Part shown: positions 48,603 to 55,815 of the stretch, piece by piece
How positions within the stretch are numbered: position 1 is the first letter of the stretch
Layout of the letters: every line of letters starts with the position of its first letter
Origin: Oscillospiraceae bacterium
GTDB taxonomy: Bacteria; Bacillota; Clostridia; Oscillospirales; CAG-382
Assembly: GCA_015065165.1 (NCBI GenBank)
Contig: SVQU01000008.1
Coordinates: forward strand, 3,324 to 67,323
Reading direction: 5' to 3'
Length of the DNA stretch: 64,000 nucleotides
Notes under the pieces: generated by a model
The model's database searches: none
The model's input: the letters and a program-made list of their open reading frames with translations, nothing else
What the model was told of the DNA's origin: nothing
Position numbers and translations under genes: made by a program

Positions 48603-48644
48603 CTTATAAAAAATTTTAAATTTTTTTATAACAGAACTAATAGA

Positions 48645-48684
48645 AATAAAAAACACCGCCAAGGGGTTTAAATCCTTGGCGGTG
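48645..48684 (-). terminator. Intrinsic terminator after the 133-aa secreted-protein gene
   Basis: 11-bp stem CACCGCCAAGG / CCTTGGCGGTG followed, on the minus strand, by TTTTTTATTT. Confidence 0.8.
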
Positions 48685-48777
48685 TATATGGGGATTATAT
48701 TCCATATATAAAATAAGGTTAAAAACAATTAAATTCACCCTTGGGTAAAGGTGGGGGATATGTATTACTTCTATGCT

Positions 48778-49179
48778 TTAATCGCAGCAGAAAATATCTT
48801 CCGAATAAAGCCAAGTTTCTTCATGAAAATCACAATCTTCGCAAGTTTTAATTTCATAAACATCATCTACGCATCTTGGCGCACTGGAATAAACTTTATG
48901 TGTAGTAACGCGTGCTGTGTCATATAAATAATCGTGTCCGAAAAGTATACAGCCCAAGCCATAGGTTTGTGCAGAATCATCCTTGCCGAAAACCAAGTTC
49001 TCGGCAATTCTCTGTTGCTGTTCTGCCGAAAGGTTGTTGCCCTCGAAGGTAACGGTGTAATGTGCATCTTTGGTTTCGAAGTTATATGTGTTACCGCTTG
49101 CGTTTTCTGCCGATGCAACAACACAAATGGTGGTCATTAGAATTAAAGTGCAAATTAAAATACTTAAAGCTTTTTTCAT
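48778..49179 (-). CDS. Small secreted Cys-containing hypothetical protein
   Basis: 133 aa with a signal peptide ending VVASA and a C-terminal cysteine cluster (CEDCDFHEE...FCCD). Its ATG overlaps the upstream stop (ATGA). Confidence 0.6.
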   Translation of the reverse strand: MKKALSILICTLILMTTICVVASAENASGNTYNFETKDAHYTVTFEGNNLSAEQQQRIAENLVFGKDDSAQTYGLGCILFGHDYLYDTARVTTHKVYSSAPRCVDDVYEIKTCEDCDFHEETWLYSEDIFCCD

Positions 49180-50039
49180 TTTTCAATCTCCTTTAAATTA
49201 TCAATAATTAAAATTAAATCCTCATAATTTCCAGCCTGTATAGAATAATAATCCCCATTATAATAACTAACTGCACAATAGAGGGCATTGTTCCTTTGGT
49301 AAACGTGATATTTTACTTCATTTATTACATAGAATTCATCTTGGTCTTCCCATTGATATTGATTGGGAGCGTTTCTCTCTATACCTATGCTTATATTTTT
49401 GTCGTTGGTAATCATATAGATATGATCGTTTCCTCGTGAACTTTTATCTAACATTATTTTGTCGATTTTAACATTTTCGGGGAATTTTGTAGGGTATAGA
49501 ATATCCCAGTTTTTTTCTTCTATTATTTCTTCTAAGGAAGAATAATATTTAGCTTCACCGCTGTGATAGAAGGTAAAACCCTCGATATCCTTTTTTGCAC
49601 CGTCTTCTTCCAAAGATATTTTATAAAGCTCTTCTAAAATATTCACCCCAAAGGCACTTGCAACGCCCACTGTTGCGGTGGTTAGAATTATAACCACAGC
49701 GGCAATAACGGCAATACGCTTTAACAAAACACGCGCCCTTGGAGCCCTGCGGACTGCCGATTTATTATCGGTTATAACAACGTGTTCTTTTTCTGCCTTT
49801 TTAACAATCGCCATAAATTCTTCGTCCGACATAGGGGCGGGGGCGATTTTATCCAACAAATCCGAGCATTGGTGAATCAAATCCAAATCCCCTTCGTCAA
49901 AACAAAGCATATCGATTTCATAATTCATCAGCTTTTGCAAGGCGGAGGTATTAAGCTCTTGGATATTCAATTCTTTTGCTTTGATCATCGCCTTGATTTC
50001 TTTTGCGGTTAGATTATCAAGCATATTTTTATCTATCAA
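49176..50039 (-). CDS. Single-pass membrane protein, putative anti-sigma factor (DUF4367-like ectodomain)
   Basis: 287 aa with a cytoplasmic N-terminal region of about 105 aa, a TM helix IAVIAAVVIILTTATVGVASAF, and a C-terminal extracytoplasmic domain. TTG start 7 nt after GGAGG. On the minus strand it lies 48 nt downstream of the detached sigma 3' end. Family name is from memory. Confidence 0.5.
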   Translation of the reverse strand: MIDKNMLDNLTAKEIKAMIKAKELNIQELNTSALQKLMNYEIDMLCFDEGDLDLIHQCSDLLDKIAPAPMSDEEFMAIVKKAEKEHVVITDNKSAVRRAPRARVLLKRIAVIAAVVIILTTATVGVASAFGVNILEELYKISLEEDGAKKDIEGFTFYHSGEAKYYSSLEEIIEEKNWDILYPTKFPENVKIDKIMLDKSSRGNDHIYMITNDKNISIGIERNAPNQYQWEDQDEFYVINEVKYHVYQRNNALYCAVSYYNGDYYSIQAGNYEDLILIIDNLKEIEK

Positions 50040-50087
50040 GTTATTACCTCCTTACTTAATAAATGTTAATTAACGTTGAAATAAAGC

Positions 50088-50141
50088 CTAAAAATTTCTG
50101 TTCTTTACGTCGTCTGTTATTTTGTCCCTTAGGTTCTTGTG
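50088..50141 (-). pseudogene. Detached 3' end of the sigma-factor gene (17 codons plus stop)
   Basis: Reverse strand reads CAC AAG AAC CTA AGG GAC AAA ATA ACA GAC GAC GTA AAG AAC AGA AAT TTT TAG, which is HKNLRDKITDDVKNRNF-stop. Joined to ...STVHNI it completes a canonical region 4.2 helix. Confidence 0.65.
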
Positions 50142-50369
50142 TATTTTGAACCCGCATTGGAAGTAGAAGAAGTTCCCTGCGACGTTAACTTTGACAACAA
50201 CTTCGACACAATGGACTATATCACCGTTAAGCGCGCTTACTTCGGCACCTATAACGAAGCTGATATGTATTGCAACAAGGGCGACCTTAACAACAACCTC
50301 GAAATCGATGCTGTTGACAGCGCACTTATGAAGCGTGCTTACTTCGACACCTTCAACGTTGAACAGTAA
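50142..50369 (+). pseudogene. Detached dockerin module (3' part of the gene whose 5' part is 47402..47842 on the minus strand)
   Basis: YFEPALEVEEVPCDVNFDNNFDTMDYITVKRAYFG...GDLNNNLEIDAVDSALMKRAYFD is a complete two-repeat dockerin. It has no signal peptide, no Shine-Dalgarno sequence and no ATG. The track start at 50139 is a GTG with no RBS. Confidence 0.65.
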
Positions 50370-50467
50370 TTAAAAAACAACGTTTGTTTAAATTAAACCT
50401 TCAAAAATCAAAATACTAAAACAGACTTTTCATTTTCAGTCTTTTCAATTTTTAGTGCATCCCAAAC

Positions 50468-50499
50468 AAAAGACCGAGGGGTTAAACCCTCGGTCTTTT
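50468..50499. terminator. Bidirectional intrinsic terminator (right edge of the island)
   Basis: 13-bp perfect stem AAAAGACCGAGGG / CCCTCGGTCTTTT with a GTTAAA loop. Confidence 0.85.
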
Positions 50500-50505
50500 G
50501 TTTGC

Positions 50506-50895
50506 TTATTTAGACGGATAAAAATATAGTCTTGTGCCCGATATTTCAAAATCGGGGTTATATATATCCTTAACGTTAATGGCAAAATAATCCTTTTCGA
50601 AAATAGCAACGCCCGAAATATAGGTTTCGGTTTCGTCAACGTTGGTTATCGAAACCTTATCGTCCGCGCCGAACACCACCGAAACGGGAATTTCATTTTG
50701 GTTTTTATCAACAAAAACCCCGTTGGTAATCTTACCGTCGGAAGACACCGAAAAGCTTATTTCCACCTCTTTGCAACTCCATTTGCTGTTTGGGCGGTCA
50801 AGGGGGCGTTTGACCTCTCCGCAACCCGCAACCATAAAGCAAAACGCAACAACAAGCAACAAAGAAATTAGTTTAATTTTCATTTTCATTTTCAT
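50506..50895 (-). CDS. Hypothetical lipoprotein
   Basis: 129 aa with signal peptide and lipobox LLLVVAFCFMVAGC. Confidence 0.65.
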   Translation of the reverse strand: MKMKMKIKLISLLLVVAFCFMVAGCGEVKRPLDRPNSKWSCKEVEISFSVSSDGKITNGVFVDKNQNEIPVSVVFGADDKVSITNVDETETYISGVAIFEKDYFAINVKDIYNPDFEISGTRLYFYPSK

Positions 50896-50913
50896 AAACA
50901 GTACTCAACCAAT

Positions 50914-51315
50914 TTACAGCTCCTTGAAAAATTCGACAATCTCGCCGTCGGGACCATAAACAAAGGCAATTCGCATTGTTAAAGGGGCGGTTGGGTTTTC
51001 GGGGCTTACTGTTACGGGCGCGGTTTTGGGCTGTGCGCCCGATTTTACCGCTATGTCAAAGGCGTTATCCACATCATCAACACGCAAAGCGATATGATAA
51101 AACCGTTTATCAACGGTTTCGCTTTTTTCACCGTCGGCGAAAATTTCAAGGCAGTTACCGTCGCCGAAATCCAGCATAACGGCACGGCCGTTACCCTCGC
51201 CCCAAGCCACCTTTTCGGTCAATCCAAGGGATTTATAAAAAGAAACGGTTTTATCAAAATTTGTACTTTTAAGAGCGATATGATGAACGCCCATACCTTT
51301 TATAATATTGTTCAT
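50914..51315 (-). CDS. VOC-family (glyoxalase/bleomycin-resistance fold) protein
   Basis: 133 aa with GVHHIALKSTNFDKTVSFYKSLGL and HIALRVDDVD, which suggest paired beta-alpha-beta-beta-beta modules. Confidence 0.8.
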   Translation of the reverse strand: MNNIIKGMGVHHIALKSTNFDKTVSFYKSLGLTEKVAWGEGNGRAVMLDFGDGNCLEIFADGEKSETVDKRFYHIALRVDDVDNAFDIAVKSGAQPKTAPVTVSPENPTAPLTMRIAFVYGPDGEIVEFFKEL

Positions 51316-51318
51316 TAA

Positions 51319-53250
51319 TTATCTCCTTTTGCCTTTTGTTTTGGATTTATCGAAACCGTTTTTTGATTTTGCAGGCTTTTTAAACCCGTTGGGGGACGCC
51401 GAGGATTTATTATTTTTGGGTTTATTGCCCAAAGGTTTATTCCCGCGGGGGGCATCCTTACGGTTATTGGCGGGGGCGGGGCGCACAAGGCAATCCTTAT
51501 CAAAGCCGATAAGGTCCTCCCTACCCGCCTTTACAAGTGCTTTACGCACTATGTTGCCGTTGGCGGGGCGTGCAAACTGAAGCAAGGCGCGTTGCATCTG
51601 TTTTTCCTCGTAATCGCGGGCGATATAAACCTCTTTGCCCGTGGCGGGGTCGATACCCGTATAGAACATACAGGTAGAAGCCGTGCCGGGGGTGGGATAA
51701 AAATCCTGAACCTGCTCGGGGTTCAAGCCGTTCTTTTTAAGATAGCAGGCAAGCTCTATGGCGTGGTTAATAGTGCTTCCCGGGTGGGAAGAAATAAGAT
51801 AAGGAACAATATATTGCTCTTTGCCAACCTCTTTGGTTAGTTGGGCGAACTTCGCCTTGAATTTATCGTATTCCTCAATCTTGGGTTTGCACATAAGGTC
51901 CAAAACGTCGTTACAGCAATGCTCGGGAGCGACCTTTAGATGTCCGCTTATATGGTCGGAAACCAACTTGCGGAAGAATTTCGGGTTTTTATCGCCGAGG
52001 ATATAATCATAGCGCAAGCCCGAACGGATGAAAACCTTTTTCACCTTGGGTACAGCCTCGACAGCCTTTAAAAGCTCGATATATTCGCTGTGGTCCACCT
52101 TCATATTCTTACAAAGGGTTGGAGAAAGGCAGTTTTTGCCCTTGCAAACCCCAAACTTTTTGGCTTTTTCACAGCCGTTGGTTCTAAAATTCGCGCTGGG
52201 ACCGCCCACGTCGTGGATATAGCCTTTAAAATCGGGCATCTCGGCAATCTGCTTTGCCTCTGCCACGCAGGATTCTATAGAGCGAGAGGTAACCGTTCTG
52301 CCCTGATGAAAAGCGATTGAACAAAAACTGCAACCGCCAAAGCAACCGCGGTTATGGGTGATTGAAAACCGAACCTCCTCGATAGCGGGGACACCGCCCT
52401 GCGCTTCGTAAGAGGGGTGGTAGGTGCGCATATAGGGCAAGGAATAAACCGCATCTAACTCTTTTCGCGTTAAGGGGGGCATAGGCGGATTTTGAACCAT
52501 AACCTTATCGCCATAGGTTTCTAAAATCGCTTTGCCGTAGATATGGTCTTGGTTGTCAGATTGTATCTTAAACGCCTTGGCGAACGCCCTTTTATCGGTT
52601 TTTATTTCGTCATAATCACCGCAGGAAACAAAATCGAAATGGGGCTTGAAATCGCGGTTTTCCATAAAACAGGTACCGCAAACGTCCCGAATTTTACGAA
52701 CGGGCACGCCCTTATCAAGCAAAAAGGCGATACGGCGCAAAATATTTTCCCCCATACCGTAGGTTAGCATATCCGCGCGGGAATCTACAAGAATACTTCT
52801 TCTCACCGAATCGGTCCAATAATCGTAATGGGCGAAACGGCGGGTCGATGCCTCCAAGCCGCCGATTATCACAGGTACGTCGCCATAGGCTTCGCGAATT
52901 CGGTTGCAATAAACGATAACAGCTCTGTCGGGGCGGTTACCCATTTTTCCGCCGGGGGAATAATAATCGTCGTTACGGCGCTTTTTCGAAACGGTGTAAT
53001 GCGCCACCATAGAATCGATATTGCCCGAATTCACCAAAAAAGCCAAACGGGGCTTGCCAAACCGCATAAAATCGGTTTTGCTTTTATAATCAGGCTGAGG
53101 TATAATCGCCACGGAATAACCCTCTGCCTCCAACACGCGGGAAATTATCGCCGTACCAAAGGAGGGGTGGTCTACGTAGGCATCACCCGTTACAATTACA
53201 AAATCGGGCTTATAATCTATTTCGTTTGCATATATAGGTAAAAAAGGCAT
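51319..53250 (-). CDS. ygiQ: YgiQ-family radical SAM protein (UPF0313)
   Basis: 643 aa. The N-terminus MPFLPIYANE...FVIVTGDAYVDHPSFG is typical of YgiQ. Cluster motif CFGGCSFCS and a Lys/Arg-rich C-terminal tail. Confidence 0.85.
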   Translation of the reverse strand: MPFLPIYANEIDYKPDFVIVTGDAYVDHPSFGTAIISRVLEAEGYSVAIIPQPDYKSKTDFMRFGKPRLAFLVNSGNIDSMVAHYTVSKKRRNDDYYSPGGKMGNRPDRAVIVYCNRIREAYGDVPVIIGGLEASTRRFAHYDYWTDSVRRSILVDSRADMLTYGMGENILRRIAFLLDKGVPVRKIRDVCGTCFMENRDFKPHFDFVSCGDYDEIKTDKRAFAKAFKIQSDNQDHIYGKAILETYGDKVMVQNPPMPPLTRKELDAVYSLPYMRTYHPSYEAQGGVPAIEEVRFSITHNRGCFGGCSFCSIAFHQGRTVTSRSIESCVAEAKQIAEMPDFKGYIHDVGGPSANFRTNGCEKAKKFGVCKGKNCLSPTLCKNMKVDHSEYIELLKAVEAVPKVKKVFIRSGLRYDYILGDKNPKFFRKLVSDHISGHLKVAPEHCCNDVLDLMCKPKIEEYDKFKAKFAQLTKEVGKEQYIVPYLISSHPGSTINHAIELACYLKKNGLNPEQVQDFYPTPGTASTCMFYTGIDPATGKEVYIARDYEEKQMQRALLQFARPANGNIVRKALVKAGREDLIGFDKDCLVRPAPANNRKDAPRGNKPLGNKPKNNKSSASPNGFKKPAKSKNGFDKSKTKGKRR

Positions 53251-53385
53251 GGCGAATTCTCCTTAACGCAGATTGGATTTTTGCGGTATTTTTTCCCGCA
53301 TCGATTTTTATTCTAACACCAACGAAGAAAAAAGTAAAGATAAAGAAATTTTTTCTTGACAAATTGATTGTTTTATGATAAGGTA

Positions 53386-53408
53386 TTAATAGAAATTTTT
53401 ACTATTAA
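53386..53408 (+). promoter_or_regulatory. Candidate Fur/PerR-family operator (inverted repeat TTAATAG-N9-CTATTAA)
   Basis: Perfect 7-bp inverted repeat between a TTGACA -35-like box (53357..53362) and the perR RBS and start. Confidence 0.35.
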
Positions 53409-53416
53409 GGATTTTT

Positions 53417-53815
53417 ATGATTAAGGAACGCAACACAAAGCAAAAAATGTTAATATTAGAGACTGTGCGTTCCGTATGCACACATCCCACCGCCGAGCAG
53501 GTTTATGAAATGATTTCGGGCGAGATGCCGGGGTTAAGCCTGGGCACGGTTTACCGCAATCTTAACCGTATGGCAGAGCTTGGGCAGTTACGCCGTATTT
53601 CGGTTACCAATTCCCCCGACAGGTTCGATGGCAATATGTCCCCTCACCACCACATTTGCTGTGTGGAATGCGGCGAGTTTGGCGACAGGTTCGACCTTAA
53701 ATACGACGAAGCCTTGGACACTATGGCGGAAAAGAAAAGCGGGTATAAAATTATTAAGCACGAAACCGTTTTTTACGGGTTGTGTAAAAATTGCAAAACA
53801 AATTTAAAAAATTAA
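53417..53815 (+). CDS. perR: Fur-family transcriptional regulator (PerR-like)
   Basis: 132 aa with a winged-helix N-terminus (TKQKMLILETVRS...HPTAEQVY), HHHICCVECG and CKNC zinc sites. It lies immediately upstream of rubrerythrin. Confidence 0.8.
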   Translation: MIKERNTKQKMLILETVRSVCTHPTAEQVYEMISGEMPGLSLGTVYRNLNRMAELGQLRRISVTNSPDRFDGNMSPHHHICCVECGEFGDRFDLKYDEALDTMAEKKSGYKIIKHETVFYGLCKNCKTNLKN

Positions 53816-53842
53816 ATTTCAATATAAAAAAGGAGACCTATT

Positions 53843-54382
53843 ATGGAACTTAAAGGCAGCAAGACAGAACAGAATCTTATGACAGCGTTTGCAGGTGAAT
53901 CTCAGGCTCGTAACAAATACACCTATTACGCAAGCGAAGCAAAGAAGGCAGGCTATACCCTTATTGCCGACATCTTTGAAGAAACCGCAGGCAACGAAAA
54001 GGAACACGCAAAAATCTGGTTCAAGCTTCTTCACGATGGCAAGGTGCCCGATACTGCAACCAACCTTCTCGATGCAGCAGCAGGCGAAAACTATGAATGG
54101 ACCGAAATGTACGCTGAATTTGCAAAAACCGCAAAGGAAGAAGGCTTCGACCATATCGCATATCTCTTTGAAGCAGTAGGCAAGATTGAAAAGGAACACG
54201 AAGAAAGATATCGCGCTGTTCTTGAAAAGCTCAACACAGACACCATCTTCGTTTCTGAAGAAGTTCAGGTTTGGATCTGCACCAACTGCGGTCATATCCA
54301 CGTTGGCAAGAAGGCTCCCGAAATGTGCCCCGTTTGTCAGCATCCCAAGGCTTACTTCCAGAAGAAAGTTAACGCTTATTAA
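53843..54382 (+). CDS. rbr: Rubrerythrin
   Basis: 179 aa with the diiron four-helix motif [31 protein letters not shown], and a C-terminal rubredoxin-like CTNCGHIH...CPVCQHP. Confidence 0.95.
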   Translation: MELKGSKTEQNLMTAFAGESQARNKYTYYASEAKKAGYTLIADIFEETAGNEKEHAKIWFKLLHDGKVPDTATNLLDAAAGENYEWTEMYAEFAKTAKEEGFDHIAYLFEAVGKIEKEHEERYRAVLEKLNTDTIFVSEEVQVWICTNCGHIHVGKKAPEMCPVCQHPKAYFQKKVNAY

Positions 54383-54395
54383 TTTTAAATTCCCT

Positions 54396-54428
54396 AATCG
54401 GCAAGGAGAAATCTTTGCCGATTTTTTA
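54396..54428 (+). terminator. Intrinsic terminator after rbr
   Basis: AATCGGCAA-loop-TTGCCGATT stem followed by TTTTT. Confidence 0.8.
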
Positions 54429-54485
54429 TTGTAAAAACAAAAAAAGATTTGCTCCAAGGCAAACCCACAGAAAATATAAATAAAA

Positions 54486-54530
54486 AATAACCCTTGGTTG
54501 TTAATCTATTTGTTACAACCAAGGGTTATT
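54486..54530. terminator. Second hairpin terminator, serving the minus-strand small ORF
   Basis: 16-bp perfect stem AATAACCCTTGGTTGT / ACAACCAAGGGTTATT. A T-rich run follows on the minus strand. Confidence 0.7.
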
Positions 54531-54541
54531 TATGTGAATTC

Positions 54542-54796
54542 TTAATATCTAACATCTTTTAACCTCTCTTTCTTAGTTTTGTGCATTACCTCGAACTGCG
54601 TTTTACCTTTCTTTACCGAATTTATAGCTTGGACCCGTAAGTGGGACAGACTTGAGTAATTTTGGTTACAGTCATCGAAGCTTTGCTTACTTTGCGAACC
54701 TTGCCGCTTAGAAAAGGAAACCAATTGTTTTTGCTTCTCTCGTTTTCGCAATTCTCTTTTGCCGAATGCTCGCCCATTCAGCTGTTGAATCATCAC
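54542..54796 (-). CDS. Hypothetical small basic protein (84 aa, Lys/Arg/Gln/Ser-rich)
   Basis: The ORF is followed by a strong hairpin terminator. The RBS is weak (AGGATGG) and I recognise no family. Confidence 0.3.
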   Translation of the reverse strand: MMIQQLNGRAFGKRELRKREKQKQLVSFSKRQGSQSKQSFDDCNQNYSSLSHLRVQAINSVKKGKTQFEVMHKTKKERLKDVRY

Positions 54797-55092
54797 CCAT
54801 CCTGCTTTTTGTTACCTTTGTTTTTGCCCCATTTTAGTTTTTCGGGGCTAGGTTACTTTTTCATTGGACTCACCCTTTCTGTGTCTATATATTAACACAC
54901 ATATACCCCTATTGCAATATGCGATATATACAAACTTATTTATATTTTTTTGTGCACAGGGTAGAAACGTGCCTTTAAATACATAAAAACAGAGAATTTT
55001 GTTGACTTACCGGAGGGTATATGATATACTGTTAACGTTGGGGCGCAATATGTCTCGACTTTTTTATTGGTTTATGACTTTGCAGGTGGAAA

Positions 55093-55755
55093 ATGACTAA
55101 ATTTCTTAATTTTATAAAGAACAACAAGTGTCGTCTTTTGCTGATATATTGGCCCATACATTTTTCGTGGTACGAAATTTTGCGAGTGGCTTATGCCGAA
55201 TCATCGGTTCTGATAATCCACAGCCCGTTGGACGACAAGATTCCCTTTTGCGAATGGTTTATCATACCCTACGTGTTTTGGTATTTATATATCGCCTTGG
55301 TGCTTTTCTATTCGTTTCGCAAGGGCGAAAAGGAATTTATACGGGCGGATTTGCTTGTATCGGGATGTATGCTTCTTCCTATGATTTTTTGTACCCTTGT
55401 TCCCAACGGTATTGATGTTGCCATGCGCCCCGACTTTGCAACCCTAGGCAGAGATAATTTTGCTATTGAACTTGTGAAGTTTATCTACAATGCCGATTCG
55501 CCCCCAAGAAACGTTATGCCCTCTATGCACGTTTCGGTTTCTTGGGCGTTGATGTTCGCCGTGTTGAAAAGCGAGGGATTAAAGAACAAGCGCGTTTTAA
55601 AAATCGGCGCGGTGGTGATGAGCATCCTTATTTCCCTTTCTACCGTTTTCATCAAGCAACATTCGATTTTAGACGTTTTTGCAGGTATCGGAACCGCCGT
55701 TTTGGTGCTTGTTTTGGTTAATTTATTCGAAAAACGTTTTTACAAAAATACTTAA
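55093..55755 (+). CDS. PAP2-superfamily phosphatase/transferase membrane protein
   Basis: 220 aa with about 6 TM helices and PAP2 motifs PSMHVS and KQHSILDVFAG. Upstream lies TTGACT-17-TATACT. Confidence 0.75.
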   Translation: MTKFLNFIKNNKCRLLLIYWPIHFSWYEILRVAYAESSVLIIHSPLDDKIPFCEWFIIPYVFWYLYIALVLFYSFRKGEKEFIRADLLVSGCMLLPMIFCTLVPNGIDVAMRPDFATLGRDNFAIELVKFIYNADSPPRNVMPSMHVSVSWALMFAVLKSEGLKNKRVLKIGAVVMSILISLSTVFIKQHSILDVFAGIGTAVLVLVLVNLFEKRFYKNT

Positions 55756-55815
55756 TACACACAAAAAATGCTTCCCGAAATTGGGAAGCATTTTTTATTG
55801 GTTTATTGCCGAATA

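Noticed and set aside
48528-48728. 66-aa minus-strand ORF in the island
   Set aside because: It spans a terminator hairpin and the promoter-like motif, is AT-rich low-complexity sequence and has no RBS.
47380-50170. Long inverted repeats or a recombinase gene that would mark the 2.74-kb inversion as a programmed invertible switch
   Set aside because: I compared both junctions by hand in both directions. Only ATA/AATA microhomology and a poor match of about 11 nt (TACATAATATA vs TTCAAAATACA) are present. No invertase or integrase ORF occurs in the segment or the window. The inversion itself is reported, but phase variation is not claimed.
46741-50499. The island considered as a mobile element or prophage remnant
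   Set aside because: There is no integrase, transposase, tRNA target or flanking direct repeats. It is described only as an AT-rich accessory island.
53819-54457. 212-aa minus-strand ORF
   Set aside because: It lies exactly antisense to rubrerythrin, which is unmistakable. The ORF also runs through the rbr terminator.
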